IMG/VR virus record: IMGVR_UViG_3300032224_001676
Location: 32,001 to 96,000 of that record
Origin: a virus
Direction: 5' to 3' (one strand)
DNA length: 64,000 nucleotides
Shown here in pieces: positions 19,420-26,397 of this stretch. A model generated the notes under the pieces. The model searched no databases and had not been told where the DNA came from. It saw only the letters and a program-made list of their open reading frames with translations. The position numbers and the translations under genes are program-made. Positions within the stretch are counted from its first letter, which is position 1; the number at the start of each line of letters is the position of its first letter.

Positions 19420-19920
19420 TTAGATTGAGTAAATGGATGTGCGATTTCTATTAAATCCATTTTCATCATTACAACCCATTCCTACAATCCATTCATCATT
19501 TAATTCAAAACCATAGATATGATTTGGAAATTCAATATCTTTACGTTTACATAACGTAACTAATGTTATAGATTTAGGTTCTTTAATTTTCATATATTCT
19601 ACTAGGTAGTTCATAGTATTACCTGAGTCTATTAGATCATCTACTAGATATAAATGTTTACCTTTGATTGGTGTTTCTAAATCTTTAGTGATTTCAACAT
19701 CGCCTTGTTCTTTCTTACCAATATAACTTTTCGCTCTAACAAAATCACATTCTATATTAAAATTTAGATTTTTAACAAGTTCAGCAAAAAACATAAAACC
19801 TCCATTTAACACACAAGCAAATACTACTTGATCAGGAGTGTTGTAATGTTTTTGATTTATTTTATGGCCAATAGAAAAACATTTATCTTTGATATTTTCT
19901 GAGTAGATTAGTGGTTTCAT
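19420..19920 (-). CDS. hpt: Hypoxanthine-guanine phosphoribosyltransferase-like protein
   Basis: VLNGGFMFFAEL, AKSY loop, LVDDLIDSGNT PRPP motif, EWIVGMG. Confidence 0.9.
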   Translation of the reverse strand: MKPLIYSENIKDKCFSIGHKINQKHYNTPDQVVFACVLNGGFMFFAELVKNLNFNIECDFVRAKSYIGKKEQGDVEITKDLETPIKGKHLYLVDDLIDSGNTMNYLVEYMKIKEPKSITLVTLCKRKDIEFPNHIYGFELNDEWIVGMGCNDENGFNRNRTSIYSI

Positions 19921-20231
19921 TATTTGTTATTTTTAATCATTTGTGCTATATCATCTACGCCAACATATTTTAAAACTCTACTTGATTTTATATGTACTAA
20001 TGTAGGATAAAAATCTACATTAAACATATCAAATATGTCTCCATTATTAGTAGTTTCTTCAATTCTATATACAGGAATCATTTTTTTAGAAGCATGTTCT
20101 TGAATTATAGGCTTTGCTATACCACAGTGAATACAATCTTCTGAGTAGAATAATATGAAACTATCATTCTTATCTTGGAGAATTTCTTTTAGTAATTGTT
20201 TATTCATTTTAAACTTCTCTTTTAGTGTCAA
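19920..20231 (-). CDS. Thioredoxin-fold protein
   Basis: FYSEDCIHC and YPTL cis-Pro; start may be 20207. Confidence 0.8.
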   Translation of the reverse strand: MTLKEKFKMNKQLLKEILQDKNDSFILFYSEDCIHCGIAKPIIQEHASKKMIPVYRIEETTNNGDIFDMFNVDFYPTLVHIKSSRVLKYVGVDDIAQMIKNNK

Positions 20232-21027
20232 AGGCTATAATATGTTCTCTTCCTGTAAAGTTATAGCCGTTATCTCTACAAAAATCCATTACCATAGGAT
20301 ATACTCGAATTAATTCATCTCTTGTATCGCCAGGAGGCATTAACCAAGTCTTACGTTTTGGGATATCCATTTCAACTCTAAATGCTTCAATCTCAGCCCA
20401 TGCTTCAGGCATTTCAATAGGGTTACAAACAGGTTTAAAATGATAATCATAATGATAATCTAACGTTTTCCTGATTACTTCTTTATCCAAACGGTGTTTA
20501 TTATGTTGGTCCACCATCTTTTGGTCCGCAATTTTACCTTGCGGTGTAAGAGTCCCAAGTGCAGGAACACTGTTACTAAACTTAGGGCTAAGAGATATAA
20601 GCCCAATAGGGAAATCAGTTTCAATGAAGTGAGAACCTTCCGTTTCAATTGTGATAAATAAGCCACGTTTTTCAGCTAAATGAGTTAATTCGTTTACTAG
20701 ATCAGGATGCATAGTAGGTGAACCACCTGTTAGCATCATTTCTCTAATGTAAGGGTTACTATCATAAATAGCTATAATATCATTAAATGTATATTTTCCT
20801 TTTTCAGGATGAATACTTGTGTACCAACTATCACACCACCCACCTTCTCCAAACCAACATCTATGAGTACAACCTGTAGTTCTGATAACTACTGTGGGCA
20901 TACCGGCTCTACTACCTTCTGATTGTACTGCAGTGTATAATTCTACAATTGGTAGTTTTTTATTATAATCTTCTATTCTACCTGGTTTTTTATTCTCCAT
21001 AACTTGCTGAGTTTCTTTCATGTTCAT
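20209..21027 (-). CDS. queE: 7-carboxy-7-deazaguanine synthase (radical SAM)
   Basis: VQSEG..G.P..IRTTGC.HRC..WCDS, LTGGSP, IETEG, LSPK. Confidence 0.92.
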   Translation of the reverse strand: MNMKETQQVMENKKPGRIEDYNKKLPIVELYTAVQSEGSRAGMPTVVIRTTGCTHRCWFGEGGWCDSWYTSIHPEKGKYTFNDIIAIYDSNPYIREMMLTGGSPTMHPDLVNELTHLAEKRGLFITIETEGSHFIETDFPIGLISLSPKFSNSVPALGTLTPQGKIADQKMVDQHNKHRLDKEVIRKTLDYHYDYHFKPVCNPIEMPEAWAEIEAFRVEMDIPKRKTWLMPPGDTRDELIRVYPMVMDFCRDNGYNFTGREHIIAFDTKREV

Positions 21028-21457
21028 ATACTTCTACTTCAGTTGCTCTTACTCTGCCTTCGGTTTCTGTTTTTAGAAAATCATTTATTACATAATATAA
21101 ATGTTCGGCAAATTTCTCACAACCTACATCAGGTAAAATTCTTAATTGAATTATACCATCTTTATCCATTTGTTTAAAATTTTCTAGATACGGATCATCT
21201 ATAGATACAACTGTAGTGTGATCTAATAGGAATGCAAAGTAATCTTTTGGAGACATACCTTGAATTTGAGTTTTTGCTCGTTTCATACCTCCAAAATCCC
21301 ATACCCAATTACGGTGATCTAATTCTCCTTCAAACCATACTCTAAATGATACTGCGTACCCGTGAAGAAATCTACAGTGTGTTCCATCTGCTTTCCATTG
21401 TCTAAAGCATGCAGAGTATCCATCAAATAATTTTGTTGAATTATATTTTGTCTCCAT
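20990..21457 (-). CDS. queD: 6-carboxytetrahydropterin synthase
   Basis: HCRFLHGY, WVWDFG, LDH, CEKFA, VYEHERN. Confidence 0.92.
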   Translation of the reverse strand: METKYNSTKLFDGYSACFRQWKADGTHCRFLHGYAVSFRVWFEGELDHRNWVWDFGGMKRAKTQIQGMSPKDYFAFLLDHTTVVSIDDPYLENFKQMDKDGIIQLRILPDVGCEKFAEHLYYVINDFLKTETEGRVRATEVEVYEHERNSASYGE

Positions 21458-21712
21458 TTATCCTTCGTTTAACCAGTTAATGATTTCACTAAACGATCTG
21501 TTTCCTGTAAAGCGTTTAAGTTCTCTTCCATTTTCCATCAATACAACTGTAGGAACACTTCTAACTTTCGCTTCTGCTATGATAGCAGGATCAGTATAGT
21601 CTACATTTCGTTTTTGTACTGGGATTTGCTTTGCTATTTGCTCCATAGTTGGGCCTAATGCTTTACATGGTTCACACCATTCGGCACTATAATAATAAAT
21701 TGATTTACTCAT
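21458..21712 (-). CDS. Thioredoxin
   Basis: SAEWCEPCK and VRSVPT. Confidence 0.92.
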   Translation of the reverse strand: MSKSIYYYSAEWCEPCKALGPTMEQIAKQIPVQKRNVDYTDPAIIAEAKVRSVPTVVLMENGRELKRFTGNRSFSEIINWLNEG

Positions 21713-22604
21713 GATTTTCTAATATTTGTTCTACATGTTTAACTACTGTTTCCCAACTTACAGGACCTGTCTCATCAGCATAGCCAACTGGATCTACTTT
21801 TCCAAGTCTCATAAATGCTTCAACTCGTTCTACAGATGATGCTGATTTGTAATCACTATACCAGGTTTCGAAAAAGACGTTTATTTCATCTTCTGTTCCT
21901 TCAAATCTTTTTTCTGATTTTATTATTCTAATTGGTTTGTAAGATGTGTTGGTGAAGGAATATACTGTGTTAAAATTAAGACCTAATTGCTCACAGCAGT
22001 CATCTCCATCTACTAAAATACCAGCCTTATTATTATCAAGATAAGGTGTATAATAATATACTTTTTCAGCACCCCAATTACCTAGTTTAAATGCTTCAAA
22101 ATCAGCATCTCTAAACTCTTGACGACAGTCAGGATAAATAGCATGATCACCCGCATGTATCCCCATTGCAATAGCACATTCAGTATTCTTTTGTTCAGCA
22201 ATTGATAATGCAACTGCTTGAATAATAGAACTAAAAATCTTATTACGATTAGGAACTACTGTTGCTTTCATATTCTCTTCAGCATAGTGTCCTTCAGGCA
22301 CTTCTTCACCTCCAGTTACTAATGCTGAGTTTAATAGTTGAGATAAACCATCTAGTTTAATAACTTGATGTTTGACAGGATAATTAGATTTGAATCCTTC
22401 AACTCTAGTATGCACTGGTTTATTAGTGAATAGAGTTTTATTAATATACTCAACTAAATCTTTAGCACGCTCTAACTCAACTTTATGTTTTTGCCCATAG
22501 TCGAATGATAATGCTGTTACTTCATAATCATTAGCGAGTAAATGAAGTAATAATGTGGAGCTATCCATTCCTCCACTTAACGATAAAACTGCTTGTTTCT
22601 TCAT
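21705..22604 (-). CDS. queC: 7-cyano-7-deazaguanine synthase
   Basis: SLSGGMDS, FDYGQKH, TVVPNRN, YPDCR; the usual C-terminal Zn cysteines appear replaced (TSY, KSASS). Confidence 0.95.
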   Translation of the reverse strand: MKKQAVLSLSGGMDSSTLLLHLLANDYEVTALSFDYGQKHKVELERAKDLVEYINKTLFTNKPVHTRVEGFKSNYPVKHQVIKLDGLSQLLNSALVTGGEEVPEGHYAEENMKATVVPNRNKIFSSIIQAVALSIAEQKNTECAIAMGIHAGDHAIYPDCRQEFRDADFEAFKLGNWGAEKVYYYTPYLDNNKAGILVDGDDCCEQLGLNFNTVYSFTNTSYKPIRIIKSEKRFEGTEDEINVFFETWYSDYKSASSVERVEAFMRLGKVDPVGYADETGPVSWETVVKHVEQILENHE

Positions 22605-23410
22605 ATATTGTTTATTTTACGGAATAAATCTACGTTATTTAATATTAAAGCCAAATTTAAATCGTAAAGATGTATATTCATTATATCATCTATTCTAGTT
22701 TTTGGTTTTGATGTTAAACCATAACTTTGATAAGGCATATTATCTATACCTGCTAAAATTGGATTTGATGTGTCTATTGTTTCAATACAACTTAAGTGGT
22801 GATAATAACCAAATTCTTGAGGTAATTGACAACCTAATAAATGTAGTTTAACTTCTTGCCATGGTTCATTTAATAAGTAATCATCTGCTAATGTTTTTAC
22901 AAACGAGATACGACCCATCATCTTAGCAAAATTTGGGTCAGGATGTGATGATAAATCATTGTACCAACTTGCTCCGTATGAGATAGCAATTTTTTTATAA
23001 CCTAATAAGTTCTTTAATGTGTCAAAACATTCTAAACCCTCCATAAGATTATTTGCTTGAACAACCGCTACGAATTTAGTATTTGGATAATCATATTCTT
23101 TTTGAATCCATTCATCTGCGCTTTCAAGTGTTTTGTCTTTGTCTTGCCAATGATCAGGAACTATAAATTCATCTGGTTGGAGTTTTTCTAACCAATATAA
23201 TAATCTGTCTTCTGAATATGGTGTTCCTAGTTCATGAAGACTATTATCCATTATGATGTAACGGCCTTCTTTACTAGATTGGAGAAAATACTCTTTATAC
23301 TCTTCGTTTTGATCTAATAAATGAGGTAGACAATAGTCATACTTATTAAATTGTTTACTTCGTTCTAAAAGACATAAAGGTACTTCGTGGGATACTTTTG
23401 GTTTAAACAT
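22601..23410 (-). CDS. Divergent guanine transglycosylase (TGT/DpdA-like)
   Basis: IIMDNS, IVPD, VVQ, HLLG and IDTS in TGT-barrel order; overlaps the queC start. Confidence 0.7.
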   Translation of the reverse strand: MFKPKVSHEVPLCLLERSKQFNKYDYCLPHLLDQNEEYKEYFLQSSKEGRYIIMDNSLHELGTPYSEDRLLYWLEKLQPDEFIVPDHWQDKDKTLESADEWIQKEYDYPNTKFVAVVQANNLMEGLECFDTLKNLLGYKKIAISYGASWYNDLSSHPDPNFAKMMGRISFVKTLADDYLLNEPWQEVKLHLLGCQLPQEFGYYHHLSCIETIDTSNPILAGIDNMPYQSYGLTSKPKTRIDDIMNIHLYDLNLALILNNVDLFRKINNI

Positions 23411-23418
23411 AGATTTTA

Positions 23419-23712
23419 TTATTTGGTAAATTCACAGATACTTTCTTCGATCATTTCTGTGACTAGATCATCTAGTCCTTCTACTTCTCTAAATCTCTCT
23501 ATATCAAATGTAGGTTCTATATGAACATTATTTATTACTACTGATGGAGGATTTACTATTTCTTCTAAACGAATTCCAGTTTTATTATTTGGGTGTTCTT
23601 CTATGGAACGCACCATATAAAACTTTCCTTTATCTGGTAAAAATACAATTAATTCTTTTTGCTTCTCATTAAAAGCAGCGTTGATACATTCTACAACCGA
23701 TCCTATTTTCAT
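23419..23712 (-). CDS. Hypothetical protein
   Basis: 97 aa MKIGSVVECI..ERFR. Confidence 0.6.
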   Translation of the reverse strand: MKIGSVVECINAAFNEKQKELIVFLPDKGKFYMVRSIEEHPNNKTGIRLEEIVNPPSVVINNVHIEPTFDIERFREVEGLDDLVTEMIEESICEFTK

Positions 23713-23924
23713 ACTTCTTCTATTTCAGACCATTCTGGTTCTGTGACTGTTTCACATAATAAAAAATGAGTAGCAGTTTTTAATACATGATCTGCTCCCA
23801 TATATTCTTTCCAGATTTTTAATAACTCTTCATTGATATTATTATGTCTATCTATAATATAGCTAAGATTTAATTTTCTCAAAACTAAATAGACATTACC
23901 ATTATAAAAAAACAATTCTTTCAT
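23709..23924 (-). CDS. Hypothetical protein
   Basis: 71 aa in operon context. Confidence 0.55.
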   Translation of the reverse strand: MKELFFYNGNVYLVLRKLNLSYIIDRHNNINEELLKIWKEYMGADHVLKTATHFLLCETVTEPEWSEIEEV

Positions 23925-23927
23925 TAC

Positions 23928-24380
23928 TTAATGTACTAATAGATAAACTAAAGGTGCTATAATGATTATTCCTATTCCACCTGTTGTAAAAGTTGCTTTA
24001 ACCCAACTGTTCTTTTTATCAGTCATATTAGCTAAATCAATTTTTGTATTTTCATGGGCAGTATATTCATCATTATATTTTTTTTGGAAGTCTTTAGACA
24101 CTATTAATAAACTATTATATTCATTATTTAATGCTCTATAAGCTGCCCTTTCTCTAGCTATTTGTAAATCAGCGTCAGCTGAGTATTTTAGCCATTTTTC
24201 TTTTTCAAGTTTACAGCCTTCAAATTGCTTAAATTTTATTAATAATTCAACCTCTTGTTTGTGGGTAAAGAAAATACCAGTGTCACCACTAAAAACAATA
24301 CGTTTAGGGGTTAAGTGTTGACCACATGCTATCACGCTGGTCAAAAGTAAAATTGCGGATATTAGAAATGTCTTTAGCAT
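23928..24380 (-). CDS. Putative spanin-like lipoprotein with C-terminal membrane helix
   Basis: From ATG 24380: MLKTFLISAILLLTSVIAC (lipobox-like), coiled-coil-like middle, hydrophobic C-terminus. Confidence 0.55.
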   Translation of the reverse strand: MLKTFLISAILLLTSVIACGQHLTPKRIVFSGDTGIFFTHKQEVELLIKFKQFEGCKLEKEKWLKYSADADLQIARERAAYRALNNEYNSLLIVSKDFQKKYNDEYTAHENTKIDLANMTDKKNSWVKATFTTGGIGIIIIAPLVYLLVH

Positions 24381-24624
24381 TTTTGATTTGGATATATTGG
24401 ATTTCTGTTTTAACATTTGCTTGAGCACTATCATAATCTTGTTTTAATTTAATATATGATGCGTTTAATGAATCCACAACATGGCTTAAACTATCTATAC
24501 GATTATCTTTTGGTGGTTCAACAGGTCTTAAATTTGGTTGAAGACTTTTTACAATCAATAATGATACTAAAAATATTATTAATACCCAAGGTAAAGCAGG
24601 ATGGTTAAAGAATCGTTTAAGCAT
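24304..24624 (-). CDS. Putative i-spanin-like membrane protein
   Basis: N-terminal hydrophobic helix then heptad region; overlaps the lipoprotein gene out of frame. Confidence 0.55.
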   Translation of the reverse strand: MLKRFFNHPALPWVLIIFLVSLLIVKSLQPNLRPVEPPKDNRIDSLSHVVDSLNASYIKLKQDYDSAQANVKTEIQYIQIKNAKDISNIRNFTFDQRDSMWSTLNP

Positions 24625-24883
24625 TTGATTTAGATTCTGTAGCTTTTGGCTTTTTAGGATAATACTTTTTCTTAGAAGGTGATTTCTTTTTTACTTCAAT
24701 TGGTTTAGCTGGTTGTTCTTTAAGAGATTTATTAACTACTAAAGCAATATCTAATTCAGCTTCGGCTAACTCTAAATGAGATTCAAGAAATAAAATTCTA
24801 TCTCTAAGAGAGTTGTTTTTAATAAGTAAAAAACTAATAGCAATCGCTAATACAATTGTTGAAAGAGTGAAAACTGTTAACAT
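24617..24883 (-). CDS. Small membrane protein with basic tail
   Basis: N-terminal hydrophobic helix, coiled-coil-like segment, K-rich C-terminus. Confidence 0.6.
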   Translation of the reverse strand: MLTVFTLSTIVLAIAISFLLIKNNSLRDRILFLESHLELAEAELDIALVVNKSLKEQPAKPIEVKKKSPSKKKYYPKKPKATESKSNA

Positions 24884-24905
24884 AATTTTGATTTTTAATT
24901 TACTA

Positions 24906-24937
24906 TAAATATAAGTGATATTTTGGATTAATCCAAA
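24906..24937 (-). promoter_or_regulatory. Bacteroidota-type -33/-7 promoter (also contains ATATTTAT)
   Basis: TTTG-N20-TATATTTA. Confidence 0.7.
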
Positions 24938-25062
24938 TTTAATTTAAAATTCTTTCGAGAATATAGTTTACCTGATGGCTTAGTTCTTGTAATCATATTT
25001 CTACGTACGATTTGAGCTACATGCCTAACATTTAATCCATTTATTTGGTTAGAATTCTTCAT
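24928..25062 (-). CDS. Small basic protein (44 aa, not in the ORF track)
   Basis: MKNSNQINGLNVRHVAQIVRRNMITRTKPSGKLYSRKNFKLNLD fills the gap and overlaps the upstream stop. Confidence 0.5.
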   Translation of the reverse strand: MKNSNQINGLNVRHVAQIVRRNMITRTKPSGKLYSRKNFKLNLD

Positions 25063-25348
25063 ATTTTCTAGGTTTTGACTCAGGTTGCATATTATCTACA
25101 TACTGTATGCCAGGTTCAGTAGGATTTGAAACAATCTTATTAGTCATAAATAAATATACGGGTCCTTCATAGTTTTTTATGGTTTGTTCCCCATTTTCCC
25201 AATATATTATACGACGAGGAGCATTATAACTTCTAAATGTTCGACAAGTTACTCTCATCCAACCTATATCCTCAATTAAAACCTCAGTACTTTTTTCTGT
25301 TGGAAAATCATAAATTAATTTTCCTGTAAAACCTGTTTTTTCTCCCAT
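25049..25348 (-). CDS. Hypothetical protein
   Basis: 99 aa, WMRVTCRTFRSYNAPRRI. Confidence 0.6.
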   Translation of the reverse strand: MGEKTGFTGKLIYDFPTEKSTEVLIEDIGWMRVTCRTFRSYNAPRRIIYWENGEQTIKNYEGPVYLFMTNKIVSNPTEPGIQYVDNMQPESKPRKYEEF

Positions 25349-25350
25349 TA

Positions 25351-25551
25351 TTAATAAATTTTTTCAATTGGACAATCACTCAATTGTTTGAGCATTCTAA
25401 ATTGGGCATCATTTGTCAGCTGTCTAGCTTTACTAAAATCATCACTAAAATTTCCTTTGCCTTCTTTTAATCCGATCCAATATTGGGCATAATCATTCAT
25501 TACATAAAATGGATTTGATTCTTCTTCAATAACTAATAATTTCTTTTTCAT
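25351..25551 (-). CDS. Hypothetical protein
   Basis: Start re-called to MKKKLL (25551) because a promoter occupies 25568-25599. Confidence 0.55.
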   Translation of the reverse strand: MKKKLLVIEEESNPFYVMNDYAQYWIGLKEGKGNFSDDFSKARQLTNDAQFRMLKQLSDCPIEKIY

Positions 25552-25567
25552 AACTTTTATTATGCTG

Positions 25568-25599
25568 TAAAGATAATAAAAAATGGCCCAAAGGCCAAA
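25568..25599 (-). promoter_or_regulatory. Bacteroidota-type -33/-7 promoter, near copy of 4281-4320
   Basis: TTTG-N20-TATCTTTA. Confidence 0.75.
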
Positions 25600-25601
25600 T
25601 T

Positions 25602-25817
25602 TTATTTTACAATTACTATATTTACACCCATTAAATCTGGGCAAATAGTTAGTGATTTATAATAATCATCGGTTTGTAATGAAACAATTTGTTGGTAACC
25701 AGCTTTATCTACACACATGCCTACCATTTGAAATGGATTATGCATGTAAAGTGTTGTATTATCTTCTGATACTGAGTAGTAAGAACACAGGTATACAGGT
25801 TTAAAATTTTCTAACAT
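25602..25817 (-). CDS. Hypothetical protein
   Basis: 71 aa ORF. Confidence 0.5.
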   Translation of the reverse strand: MLENFKPVYLCSYYSVSEDNTTLYMHNPFQMVGMCVDKAGYQQIVSLQTDDYYKSLTICPDLMGVNIVIVK

Positions 25818-25836
25818 ATTGGTATTTTATTTTAAG

Positions 25837-26397
25837 ATATATTATCCTTCGCAATTAATACATTAATGGGTCTATATATTTCCTAGGAACACGAATGCTG
25901 GTTGTTCCTGATGAAGGTGATATAAGATCATTCATGTTTCCTTCATCTTTAAAGAATTTTAATACCTCACCTTTTTTATCACCTGATATCATTGCCCCAT
26001 TGAGGGTTTTAATGTTTAAATCAGGGGCAAAATACATTTGAAAGCGATTAGAATCAGTTGGTGGATTTGATTTAAGTGAGTTAATCATGTCAAATATATA
26101 ATCTGGGATCCATCTGTTATTTTCTTTATAAGCATAAGCCTCGTATCCCCCAAATGTATCTTTTTCAATGCTAATTTTAAATTTTTTAGGAGTTGGGTCT
26201 TCTCCTTTATGATATCGGTCTAGATCCTTTTTTTCTTCAGCAGATAAAGAATCCATACCTGATGCTGATATTTTATCTAGAAGTTGGTCTAAGTATTCAT
26301 TTTCTGCTAATATCTTAGCTATTTCTTCTTTGATGATTTGTTTTAATTGGAATTTCTTCATGTTAATAAATATATTATCCTTCACAACTTATACATT
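25837..26397. repeat. 28 bp imperfect direct repeat of the nrdA 3' end flanking an inserted gene
   Basis: 26370-26397 atatattatccttcacaacttatacatt versus 25837-25864 atatattatccttcgcaattaatacatt (25/28); CISCEG* versus CINCEG*. Confidence 0.8.
25855..26361 (-). CDS. Hypothetical protein with LKQIIKEE leader
   Basis: MKKFQLKQIIKEEI then LDQLLDKISASGMDSLSAEEK; ATATTTAT at 26366-26373. Confidence 0.65.
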   Translation of the reverse strand: MKKFQLKQIIKEEIAKILAENEYLDQLLDKISASGMDSLSAEEKKDLDRYHKGEDPTPKKFKISIEKDTFGGYEAYAYKENNRWIPDYIFDMINSLKSNPPTDSNRFQMYFAPDLNIKTLNGAMISGDKKGEVLKFFKDEGNMNDLISPSSGTTSIRVPRKYIDPLMY

